Positions 1-13,200 of a DNA stretch of 64,000 nucleotides are shown piece after piece. This stretch comes from Bispira polyomma (Eukaryota): the NCBI GenBank assembly GCA_965649765.1, contig OZ287750.1, positions 63,054,001 through 63,118,000 on the forward strand. Direction: 5' to 3'. Position 1 is the stretch's first letter, and each line of letters opens with the position of its first letter. The notes beneath the pieces were generated by a model that had not been told where the DNA came from, ran no database searches, and worked only from the letters and a program-made list of their open reading frames with translations. The translations under genes were made by a program, and so were the position numbers.

Positions 1-1100
1 AAGTTATTTCAAAACTCTTTAGCTCAAAAGTCTAAAATAATTTAGTTGTGAAAACACCGACCAATCAGCATACAAAAGATTTCATTCTGCTAAAGCAGAT
101 CTGTTTTACAACTAAAGAATTTAATATTTAGAATTGGATGGCGCTAAATAAGCTCAAGCTGAATCTGGATAAAACCAAATTCTTATTGTTTGGCTCTGGT
201 ACTCAACATACGTGCTGAACTATCAAATATTCTTGTTTTTCCAGTTTTTCCAGTTATCCCCTACTGACGAAGTTGTTTTGATAGTGATTTGTCCTCTACT
301 CTTATCCAATCGGTGTAAGTCCTGCGTCATAGAGATCTCGGGAGAATCAGGAGGCACCTACCGCAATGGGTTGCAACAACTGCAGCAAATTTTCTGGTAG
401 GCACCAGACTGGATTACTGAAATTCACTGTTTTGCAGTTTTACTAAAAATGACCTAAATAAATTGAAATGCATCCAGAATTCATTGGCCCATCTGGTCAC
501 TTGTTCTACTGGGTTTTCACATGCTTTACCCATTCTAAAGTCACTCCATTGGCTCTCTGTTAGGTACCGGTATGCCTTTAAAGCTGCTACAATAGTGTAT
601 AAGTTTCTGGAGTCGGGTTTGCCTAAATACTTAGAATCACACTTGTGTTACTACAAGTGTAATGTTAATACCATTCGAACTGCTCCAAAAAATAAGTTCC
701 TTCTTGTTCCGAAAATGATGCCCCTACCATTACCTAAACACATTAGGACAACTCAATCCCTGCAATTCTTATGGCATAGTTTAAAGACCTATCTGTTTAA
801 TGATGAATTTGAATTTGGATATTTAACGTCCACTCTAGTACCTTTTAGTAGGTTATATTGGGACGGATAGTTGGAAACGCTGGAGGAAACACTGCATACA
901 GTCGGTTAAGGTTCTGCAGAGAAACCAGCGGCCCACAGTAAGGAACTACCACCTTTCCCACATAGGCATCGACGGGATTCGAACTCACGCCGCCCAGAGG
1001 TGAGAGACCAGTGATTGTGAAGCGCAATGCTTGCTAACCACTAGGCCAAAGCGGCCCCTTGTTTAATGATGCATTCCCTTCATAGCTTCTTTCGTGTTCT
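1..1100 (+). mobile_element. Degenerate L2/CR1-group LINE 3' fragment in intron 10 of copy A
   Basis: Translates to LKLNLDKTKF and CIQNSLAHLV..SHALPILKSLHWLSVRYR, typical of L2-clade RT C-termini. Homologous to 52520-54060. Confidence 0.85.
805..1058 (-). mobile_element. tRNA-derived SINE
   Basis: Minus strand starts GGGGCCGC, with A-box TGGCCTAGTGG, B-box GAGTTCGAATCC and an (AAATTC)n tail. TSD tgtttaatgat at 794-804 and 1060-1070. Empty orthologous site at about 54011-54035 in copy B. Confidence 0.93.
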
Positions 1101-1259
1101 TGATGGATGTATGTGTATTTTCCCTACTGATTAGTGAAAATGAGTGTAAAACTATAATGTATAACCACTGTTATCAAGATAGTAAAATCAAATGAGTCAT
1201 AAGCCCATCTGGGTGGACATTGCTGTCCATTGTTAATTGACATTCTCAATGCACTATAC

Positions 1260-4200
1260 CTTCTCTTGCCCCTGTCCAGTGCAGTATCCTATTTCACTTT
1301 GTTTAGGGTAATATGCAAATGCCAGCACACACATTTCCTCTTGATAAGCACTATCGCCTTCAAATACACATACAACAATAAACATACATAAAATGTACCA
1401 CAGCTAATAACTGAAGTACAACATGAATACAAGTGACAATTGGTTTACCGAAAAAGATCACCCTGTCATTAGTGAGTGTCTCCCAAGTGCAGGTGACAAT
1501 GATTTCATCTCCTGCTTCTATAACTAGTGGTGGGTCAAACCTGCAGAACAGGAGAACAATATATAACATGGCACTTGTCCACTAAAATTTGTAGTAATAT
1601 TGCAATCAAGACTGATTAAACTTTGTATTGTCATGCTTACAACTTAAAGCCTGCACTGTCATAGTTAAAGACATCAATGTCAAAAATAACTGCTGTAACT
1701 TCATCATTTCTCTTTATTTCAGCTTGAAATCTTCTTCCTTGAACATCAAAAACAAAAGCATAATGTATAATTCACTATTAGCTTGTCAACATGGCTAAAC
1801 TGAACATTTTGCATATTTCTGCATATTTATCAATGCAGATCAATCGTAACACTAAGAATCGATAAAATATTTATGTAATTTTATTGGAGGCCAGTGATGG
1901 TAGGTTATGATAAGATAATTGCAGGTAAGTTGAAGATCATAAAACAGTAACATATAGTGTGAGGTATTCAGCTTTGTACATATTTTGTGGGCTAGCTAAT
2001 GCAAAAGTTACTGATAGAATACTAACAGTACCTATAATTAGGACTGGCCTTTAAAAAGCTACACTGACGTACTGAACATTATAGTGTACAGAGCAAGGAC
2101 GACTATGTACCACTCATAAATCCACAGGTGTCTCTATTGAAGTCACTATTTGGCAGACTGTAAGCAGTATGAATGTCTTGTACTCTTATCATATAAATTA
2201 CAGCCTATAACTAAACAACAACAAACAGGCCATAAAGAAACCATCAACCTAAATTCTACGTTAACTGAGCTTGTATGTAGTTAATATTCTCTATTATGAA
2301 ATATACTGATTCTTTAAAACATATGTTGCAATGAAGAAAAAGCCATAGAAGAGAAGGGAACACCCTTTGAACTAATAACGCCTCCACATGGAAGTCCGGT
2401 AAGGGACATCAGCGAGTTGTCTTGGCCACTATAAATGCATAATAAGACTGTTTACCCAATTAATTAAGAACAGACACACATTAGATTCATGAAGGAGAGT
2501 AAACTGACTGCTTCTACAAAAACCATGAAAGAAAGCATGGAATCAATACACAGAGACGTAATAAAAGCTGAAGTTAGGAGAGGTGGTTTTATTAATAATG
2601 AATACACAGAGACTGAAGTTAGGAGAGGTGGTTTTATCAATAATGAATACACAGAGACTGAAGTCAGGAGATGTGGTTATATTAATAATGAATACACAGA
2701 GACTGAAGTTAGGAGAGGTGGTTATATTAATAATGAATACACAGAGACTGAAGTTAGGAGAGGTGGTTGTATTAATAGTGAATACACAGAGACTGAAGTT
2801 AGGAGAGGTAGTTGTATTAATAATCAATACACAGAGACTGAAGTTAGGAGAGGTGGTTATATTAATAATCAATACACAGAGACTGAAGTTAGGAGAGGTG
2901 GTTATATCAATAAATGTATTTTCAGTGTTCACGGGTCAACTTCAAAGTCCAAAATGGAATTAGGGAGGAAAAAGTATGACAGGTGACAAATTTTGGGATT
3001 TGCTGGAGAATGTTATAACAGAATATTGGATGGGAAGTGAAACATAAAGATTTAAGGAGTATTAAGTGTATGACAAAATGATACAGCAATCCCCTGAAGA
3101 GATCCTGCTGTACAAAATGCATTCAATATCCAACAACTATTAATGCTGCTGTGTAAAATGTGTGTACCTGCGTAATGCATATGGGGATATGCAGCGACAA
3201 TCTGGCTTCTTTCAGGAAATATCTGTTGCGTGCACTCGGGAATACAAAAGGCTTCCAGCGACACTTCCGCTTGTCCCGGGGGCAATTGTATAAATGTTGA
3301 TGTCACAAAAAGTGTTGTTGCATCGTATTGTCTGAATACATAGTTTTTATTGCGATAGATACACCTGACCTTATCCTCAAAGTATGCTTAATTCTATTTT
3401 TGAATTAACCGCTCGAACCCTTAAATAAAGCCTTTTCTAAAAGTACTTTTCTTGTTTTTTCCCCAACCGTCAATGTACCATGCGCATGCGCGAACGTCAC
3501 TTCCTTCCGATTCCAGCATAGTATTGTCATTCTTTTTTTGTTCTCCAAAGGGCTCTGATCACTTCAATATTCTGGGAGCATTTTCGATTTTTGCTTGGTT
3601 TGTATACAGTAGTGGCATATACTGCCTTTTCGGAAGTGTTACTCCAGTTTGATCCAAAAAACTCATTTGTGTCTTCATTTATTTGGGAGTTTCCGGCTGT
3701 GTCCATGGCGGTTTTTGACGATTTTTGGAACAGCATCCAGTGTTGGCGAGAAGTGACTGTGTAGAAGGTAGGGGCAACGCCTCATAAAACCTATTACTCT
3801 ACCAGTTTTGGTGAAATGGTGACCGCTTGGAGGGTAGAAGGTAGGGGCAAGGCCTCAATAAACCTAATACCCTACCAGTGCGTGCTGATGACTGGGTCCT
3901 GAACTCCCATGCTGCTAGCTGACGAGAGGTGAAGATCAGTCCTAAACTGGCGTAGACCCCCTACAACCCTTTGACGTTCTGAAGTGGCGAGTGCTTGTGG
4001 AGAGGGGAGAATACTGAAGAATTCTGATGTTTCTACGATGAGGTCCTTGTAAAACTCAGCCTTTGTATACCTAGTAGCCCCTACACGGTCTAAAGTTTCC
4101 AGTCGAGGGGGTACTTTGAAGGAAGACCTTTGCTTCAGATTGTAGAGATCAGCCCATGACTGCTGCAGGCTGGCCGTGTGGATAGCTGTCATATCTTTTG

Positions 4201-7200
4201 CCCTACACATGGATGACGATGTAAAGGTGTTTTCTAGGTAGCCAGACGACCATTTCTTGCTGAGGTGAGGATTGGAGCTGGCTCATTGGTGTGTCCCTGC
4301 TTAGATCAACAGTTCTTTTGAGGTTTAGATCCTAAGAGAAATCAAGCTTAATTCGTCCTTCACTTACAAGGCAGACACCCTGCTTACCAGAGAAAGCAGA
4401 CGTTCAGACTATGAGGTTGATTCTTCTACAGTTTGGAATCCAATAACCAGAAATTTGCGAAGTTTCAAGTTATTCCAGGAGATTGTATGAAATTTCACAA
4501 GAGATTCTTTCATCTCAGGCACAGACCCTCGAATTAATCAATCTTCAAGAAATGCAGTTTTCGAAGCTGGAGATCACAGAAGTTGTCAAATTGTTGAAAG
4601 GGCCTTGTTTTTAACTTTTATTTTGACTTGTATTCTGCTTTTTTACAGTCTTCTCAACAGTGATACCTACTAAAGACTGTTACGTATTGCCGTTGGCCAT
4701 TTCAGCATTGCTTGAGAAGTAGTGACTGTTAACTGGCGTGTGGTGCTTTCCAGAGTTGTGGGTATGATGAGATGGGCTCTTCATTTTCATCATATAAACA
4801 GGGCTATTTCTGGCAGTGTCTCCATGGTTTCAATTTGTTTTTCACCATATAAGATATAAAACGTCAGAATGACGTCATCTGTGACGTCATTGGCAATGTT
4901 CGGGAGAGTACGAGACTGAAATGGAGGAACTTTTACAAATATCTCTGGAAATGGCTGTGAGTTTGACACATATTGTGTACAAGGATTTACTACCACAAAT
5001 GACAGAAAGATGGGGTAAGGCTGGCTGTTATATCTCTTCTTCCGAGTTCAATATTAATGGCAAGGTTGTGACAGAACGCGACCGGCTGGCTGTCTAAGTC
5101 CATTACGTGGAGTTATCTGAATTTTAAAGGTTTTCTAGCCGAGATAGGTATATTTGGGGCGTTAGATGTCTTTTAATATTCTTATATATTCAAAGATTCG
5201 TCGATTCATCACATTCACAGAGATTCGACCGATTCGTCACATTCACAGAGATTCGACCGATTTGTTGTGAGGAATCATCACTGTATGATTGATAATGGGT
5301 GACGCTAGAACCTATGCCTATATGGTTATTGTTTAGATTTGCAGATATTCGGCAGTTACATGTGGCGGAAGCAGTTTTATCACCTTTTACATCCATATTG
5401 GTTTGGATTCGCCCAGATTCATCCCAGATTCGCTGTGCAGAACATGTGGCTACTAATGACAGTCATCTACAATGCAGATCACTGAATATGCAGTATTTCA
5501 AGCCAATTTCTGTATTTGGTGGTGTCAGATGCTTACTTTCATATCCTTATGAACTCAGATTCACACAGAATTATCGGTTTTGCGTTGTGGAGATTTGCGT
5601 TGTATTTTGACTCGCAACTTTGGACTGTCAAATTCGTACTCTGCTTTATGGAATTTTGACTGGTTCCCTCGAATTTAAGTTGAAGAGAGAATTTAGAATT
5701 TCAATCCACCACACCTGTTACTGACTGTATTAAGATTCATCAGCCATAGTTAGTCAACTGCCTGGTTGATTGGTCTTCTTTGCTAGAACGGAGTCGAATT
5801 CAGATTTATTAGATGAATTTAATTCGACAGTTTAATGATTGGGCTGGGCGATAAACCTTCAGAAATCTTCAGCCCACTCGATGATACTTTTTTGCTGATA
5901 TCACTTCTCTGAGACATCAGGTTTAGTCTTTCCAAGAAGAAGTGGTCCTTTTGCTGATGTCATTTTTAGCGGTCAAGTTCTGTCAAGTATAACATTCAGA
6001 ATGTTTATGTTCTTGATACAACAAGACAATGCCATTTGGAAGGTAATTTTTTAGACCCTTCCAATGGTATCTAGAATCTCATTGGCGGTACCCAAGTCCC
6101 TGGACAATCAGATATCAGTGACCGACCAATTAAATTTCGTCTACAATGGTAGGACGACCATAGCTTCAATGTCTTCATAGGGAAAAATTGGCATCCAAGC
6201 GAGCACAATCTTCTCTTATTTACAGATGTACATCTAGCCGATTTTACAGTTAATGCTTGGTGATCAGGTCTAGAGACAAAACTTGTATTTCAAGTTTGTC
6301 GAATTGTAGGCAGTCTGACTAACACTCAAGGCATTTGCCAGTCTGATACTTGGAGAATAAGTTCATCATGGCCACCTACACTATAACAGTAGTAGCTGAT
6401 TTGGACAAACAACAGGGTCACATTCTTTAGAGATGTTTCTCATGTTATGGCAGATACTTGCCTATTACAATCCCAGGAACCTCTGGGTTTGAGCCTGTCT
6501 CTTACATGGTTGAATCCCAGATGTCCAGTAACATGCATTCCAAAAGCTGGTTCACAAAGTGTGAACTTACCAGTGCGGAATGATGGTTATAGCTTCGGGA
6601 TGGCTAGGCATGACCTGGTTGTGGGATCTAGTGAATCTTTCGGTCAGACCACCAGTTTTCATACCCAATGGCCATATTGGCTCAAGCAATCGTTTGGCCA
6701 CAGTTGTCTACTGTATGTTCCACATCTGTACCTCCATGTTTGGGTACTAGAATACAATTGAAACTGATTTTCAGTACTCAGATCAGTGGAGGATCGAATT
6801 AAGGCACTTCAGAAACAATCCTCTAAACGAGTGTATGAATCGAGGTGGACCTTACTGTTCTTTCAACAGAGAAATCTCAAATCTTCAACATTGGTTAGTT
6901 CATCATCATCTTTTACAGATCACTTGGGATTGAAAGGACTAGAAGTCTTGACAAGTCTTGAACTGAATAGACTTCTTGCTAGTTGTTGTAGACAAACCTG
7001 TAACACATAGAGGTTTTCCTATTTGGGATTTGTCATTGGTATTTTTAGCTTTGACCAAGCATCCATATCAACCTAGGAAAGAGGCTTCTTTGAAATTGGT
7101 TTTCTTCGAAACTATATTTCTTATGGCCTCAGAGAAGAGAAAAGGTGAACTTCGTGCATGGACCTTTTCTTCTCCACATTGGAATGAGGTTATTGTATCT

Positions 7201-10200
7201 CTCTCTCCTGTGTTTGGTGTGTTTGGTTTAAAGCCAGTTGACTTGTCATTGGAATGAGACTATTGTATCTCTCTCTTGTGTTTTTAGTTCAGAACCAGTT
7301 AACTTCTCCAAGTCTAGACTTAGTTAAAGTTAGGCCTGTTCTTGTCTTAGCTTTTAGGCAGTTGTTGGATGAAAGCTTCACTGCAGTTTTTCATCTTCTA
7401 TCCTCTGAGTTCTCTGAGATTCAATCTCAAGTGCCCCCAGGAGTTGCCTACAGGAAAATGTTTAGCAAAGTAATACAAAGAATTACCTTTTCATCTTGGC
7501 TAAAACAGACAATCTTGTTGGCTTATTAGATTGTAGACACTGCGATTGAACAGGTTAAGGCTCATGATTACGAGCTATGACTGCCTCTTTAGCCTTCAAA
7601 GTTTGCAGTTAAACTTGTTTGATACTAAGGTCATGCTGATGGTATCTGCCTCACTTGGTGTATATGTGTTCTAACTTCCTAAGAGAGTGTGTTTGGACAT
7701 TTTATACAATTTGTTACTTCATCTATGACTGTTATGTTATATTAGTAGACTACATGACTAGAACCTGGGTCTTCCACAAGACTAGATCAGGTGTGACTTT
7801 GAGGTTCTCCTCACCCACAAAAATAACATTACTGGGTTTGAGACATCTTTTTGTCTGGAGTCTACTGCTATCATTATGTGTTTATGCATGTACAGTTGTT
7901 TTATCGTCACCATATGGCATTTGCTGATGACTTATGTGTGTTGTCTCGTCTTGGCAGACCTCTTGATATGTAGTTTAAGAGGTTCTGTCCTGCTTGGGGA
8001 ATTGGTGTCGTCATTATGACAGTTCACACTGGATGGTTATATGACTTCACCTACATTCAGCACCTTCTGTACAGATGCACATGTAAAATGGACTGCACTT
8101 CTACTTTTTGAGTATATGCTATCTTTTACTCTTAACTTTGTGGTTTTAGTTTTCATGAATTAATTTAATTCTGACTACTTTAACTTGATTCTATATACTA
8201 TTGATGTGAATAGTAGTGGGTCATTAGTCTGATGTAAACTTCAGCTTTGAGCTTACTAATTTAGTCAGTACTTATGAATAGGATTTATAGATTGATACAT
8301 AGATACTATGTTCTTCATCTTATCCTCGACAATGTGCTACAAAATACTAAAATCTTGAAGTGGGGCTCTGTTTAAATACAAATATCCCTCCACCTTTAAG
8401 GTTGGAATCAGCACACTGTGAGGATAAGGTAAGGTGTATTTATCGCAATAAAATGTAAAAGTTTTATTGTAATTTATCTTTTGATAAGATAAATACTTAC
8501 CTTATCCTCACAAGTCAGATACCCACCTGACCTTCCCCACCATATTTGTGCCGAATTCAAAAAAAGAATGGCAATACTACGCTAGAGTCGGAAGGAAGTA
8601 ACCTTCGCGCTTCGGGGAAAAACAAGAAAAGTTCTTTTAAAAAAGGCTTTATTTAAGGGTTCGAGCGGTTAATTCAAAAATAGAATTAAGTACACTGTGA
8701 GGATAACGTAAGTATTTATCTTATCAAAAGAAAAATTACAATCAAATTTTTATAATTTATAGATATATTCTCTTTAAAAAATTGAGATTATACCTTAAAC
8801 TCTCTATCTCTCTCTGTAAAGCCCATAGGTTTTAACCCAAATTTAGGCTCTTGTGGTTTACAGTTCACAATTTTAATTACAGTTAGAAACAGAAAATCGT
8901 GGTGGGCTATAACAAAGGTGTGCTTTACTGAGAGAGATTCCTGGACATAATCACTGTATATAGAGAGATTCCTATACAGTATCACTGTATATAAAGAGAT
9001 TCATGTACAGTATCAGTGTATAGTGAGATATTCATGTACATTATCACTGTAAATAAAGTGAGATTCCTGTACATTATCACTGTTTTTAGAAAGAGATTCA
9101 TGTACAGTATCAGTGTATAGTGAGATATTCATGTACATTATCACTCTATATAAAGAGAGATTCCTGTACATTATCACTGTATATAGAAAGAGATTCATGT
9201 ACATTATCAGTGTATAGTGAGATATTCATGTACATTATCAGTGTACAGTGAGATATTCATGTACGTTATCACTGTATATAAGGAGAGAATCCTATACAGT
9301 ATCACTGTACAGAGAGAGATTCCTGTACATTATGACCCTATAGACAGAGATTCCTGGACATTATGACTGTATAGGAAAAGATTCCTGTCCAGTATCACTG
9401 TACAGAGAGAGATTTCTGTACATCATCACTGTATAGAGAGAGATTCCTGTATAAAATCACTGCATAGAGAGAGATTCCTGTACAGTATCACTGCATAGAG
9501 AGAAATTCATGTACAGTATTACTGTATATAGAGAGATTCGTGTACATTATCACTGCATAGAGAAAGATTTCTGTACAGTATCACTGTATATAGAGAAATT
9601 CATGTACAGTATCACTGTACAGATAGAGATTGCTGTACAGTATCACTGTATTTATAATTCTAAAAATGCAAATCATAAGTTGCAACACGAGTAACAAAGA
9701 TGAATGGTATTTCAACAGTCTTGCCGTATAGAATAGTTAAGTAAAAGTTAATTACCTCAGAACAGGTGTGAAATATAGAGTGACACCCGATCCGTCAACA
9801 TAGTTGTCAAGTAGAAAAGTGTTTGTCCAGTGCATCTGAAGAGTCAAAAATATAGAGGGTTTAGCAAATTCTGTCTGTTGTTCCCATTTATGCCCAAAGT
9901 CGGTTATCCGGTGGCCAAGACAGACAGTCCTATCAGGAATGGCGACCTAGGCAGTATGCTGGGATCCCCATCCGATTGACAATAGCATGTCCCCATTATA
10001 CAAGATTTCATTAATATTCAATTTATTTTCCTTTTTACACTCACTTCAATGTGGTGACTGCTTTATGTATATATACTTAGTAATAGTGTACTTGTTCTGG
10101 TGACTAGATTACGTCTTATCTTTATGGTAGAAACTGTAAGGTTTCTAGTTCAACCCAATGTAATACTGTTTTTTGGGTTTTTTGAAAGGTTGTTTTTCTT

Positions 10201-13200
10201 TTTTTAAATTTTTATTCATGCATATACATTAACACAATTCACAAGAACATACTATTTCAATACAATTAAGACAAAAAAGAACAAACAAAACAAGATACAA
10301 ATATTCCCTCCACACAAAAAACACAGACAAAGTTTCAATATTTCACACTTGGATAATCTATAGAAATTGAAAACTTAAATAGTCATGTATGTATATTTAT
10401 GTAGAGACTATATCCCAATTTATATTTTGTAAAATTTGCTTCACTTCATGGTCTGTTCCCTCAAATGATCCAGTAAAAATAACATTATACATTTCCAATT
10501 TTCTCTTGATAATATGTTTAAATTCTAGAAAAATTATATCTCTATTATAGTATTTGTTTTTCAATGATTTATGTACCACTTACCATTGACTTACCATACT
10601 TCACAAATTGACAGTGTAATCCTAGGTTTTAAATATGAGGCCTTTGTTAACCAACTTTCAACCAGCTCCTAAAATCGTTTGCTATATGCACACAAGTAAA
10701 TATGATGCTCTAATGTGTCGATAAAAGGGCAAAAATTACAAAATGGGTTTTCTCTAATACTCAATTTTTACAAATTTAGAGTTTAAGGTTCTATTACCTA
10801 TCTTATATACTGGAATGTTTGTAAATATGTTTCCTTTATGGTATAATATATTGCATTAAAAATACTTTTCCAAGGAGCAACTTCTTAAAAAGGAAATAAA
10901 TCTATCCATGCGTTAATGGAAGTAGGTTATTTTAATTTTCTATTAACTACTTCCCAGTATAAGGCTTTATTGCTCACTTTGCTAAAGCTCATTATTTTCT
11001 TTTTTATTCTTATACAAATATTGTGACGCTGCTGTATACCCGGAGTAATTGTTTTTAACCTTTGTTTCCGTGATTTTAGTATAGCACTACACCAAATATT
11101 ATAATTGTATTTACTAATGTTCCAGTTGAGTTGACTTTTTAGGTTTTGAAATTTTAGAAGATGTCCTTTATCATCTACAATATGTTTCGTTGTTATTTTT
11201 TTAGGTTTTGAAAATTTTAGAAGATGTCCCTTATCATCTACAATATCTTTTATTGTTATATTTTTTCAAAGTTTGTTTTCCAGAGGTTTGCTGTCTGAAC
11301 ATATGTATTTGTTGTCAAATACATATTCATTAAATATTTCTTTTAAGGTCTCTGAGGTCTGCTGTTAATTACATGCCAGCATTCCAATACCTGTTTGTGA
11401 AAAACGAACGTTTATGATGCCTATTTGGGCATTTGAGTATCATTGAAAATTTATCTTTTAATCCATTTTATTTTAGCACAAATATGAATACTAAAGAGTC
11501 AGGCTTTTGCAGCCCTCCTGAGCTGAAGTAGATAAAATAGTTTCTTTCTTATCTTACCAGGTTTTTTGTCCCATAAAAATTGAATAACATTTTATCTATT
11601 ATCTCTAGTACATTACTTGGACAGTAGCACATGGACAAGATGTGACTAATTTAAGGTATTAGTTTTTATAATCATCACTTTTCCTTTCCATCAGAGATTT
11701 CTAGACGACCAAATATTCAAGATCTTTTCTATAGATTTCAATCTACTGTCAAAGTTTAATCTGGTCATTTCCCTTTGGTCAAAGGAGAACCATACTTCTA
11801 AAGTCTTAAAAGCATTATGACTGGCAAGAATCTTACCAAGTTCTTTTTCCGAGTTTTAATGGTTTAATTTACATTTCCCTATAGGTACTACTGTTGTGTT
11901 TTTCGGAATTGATTTTTAGACCAGAGGATTTTTGAAATTGTTTAATAGTAAAACTGATTCTACTAATAAAGTAATATTACTTTGAAATAAAGCTGTATCA
12001 TCTGCCATTTGGCATATTTTGTTTTCCTCTTAAGCCAGGGAAATTCCACTAATTGCCTTATCATTTTGTATATATAGAGCCAAAATTTCTGCCACTAATA
12101 AGAAAAGTAGTGCCGAGAGAGAACACTCTTGCCGTATTCCCCTGGTGAGGCTGAAGTATTGTGAGCAGTAGCTAATATTGCAAACACAATACTGGATATT
12201 CTTATAAAGTATATTTGTCCATTTTAAGAATGTTTCACCATTCTACACTATCAAATGCTTTCTCAAAATCAACAAGTACTCAATAGCCAGGCAAGTTGCA
12301 TAAATCAGTGTAAGATATGAACTGTAATATGAATACTTTGTCCAATGTATCTATCTTTCATATATCCAACATGATCATTATTAATCAATTGGAGCAGAAT
12401 TTTTTGAAGTCTGTTAGATGGTGCTTTTGTTAATGTTTTGTATTTAAAATACTAACAGACCTCCAGTTACATAGATACCTTAAATATTTATCTTCTTTTG
12501 GAATAAGTTAAAGAATACCTCTTCTTTGATCATATGTCAGTGTGCCACCTTTAAGAGAGTAAATGGAGCTATGAAATAAAATATCTTTATTATTAGACCA
12601 AATGTTTTTAGAGATTAGTTGTGAATCCTTCATTTTCAGATGTTTTATCATTAGAAAATTGCTTTAAAGCTTTGGAAATTTCTTCCATTATTAATAATTC
12701 ATCAGAAAATTGAGTTTTGGGATATTTCAGTAAGTAAGAAAGATTTTTCTAATATCATCTGTCTCAATATATTGTAATCCTTTCAGCTGACAAAAGTGTG
12801 TATGATATCATTGAATATTGCCACAGGTAGACAACTTTAGTCCATTTTACAGAATTCAGTTAATTTTATTCATGCTTAAATAAAACAGATTTTTGGATAG
12901 GTGCAGCTCCAAAAGAGATAAAAGATCCATCAGTAGTCACCTACAAAATGAACTCGTTATTGCATTTTACTTAGTGCCATCTCTTACCTCAAGAATAATA
13001 TGTGTGTAACCTGTAGGCCCTATTCTGGTACCAGCGGCATCTGTCATGCAGTAGCCATTGAGTCCAATAGACCAGGGCATCATAGGAGGTTCTCCAAAGG
13101 TTCCCATTGTGCACTCTCTTGGTGACAGAAAGCCTGGTATAATGTTACTGCCTGTGTAAATATACAATCAATTTTAAGACCATACTTATTTATGTTAAAT

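Noticed and set aside
845-1027. 60-aa ORF MRFTITGLSPLGGVSSNP.. found three times
   Set aside because: It is the translation of the SINE body, not a gene family.
2464-2986. Repetitive ORFs such as (EVRRGGYINNEYTET)n as a repeat protein
   Set aside because: They arise from a 45-bp intronic minisatellite open in several frames on both strands; the orthologous array in copy B is interrupted by a SINE.
8925-9650. CRISPR-like array (about 31-bp palindromic repeats); also 44950-45400 and 46450-46675
   Set aside because: Units are head-to-tail with no unique spacers, there are no cas genes, and the context is eukaryotic.
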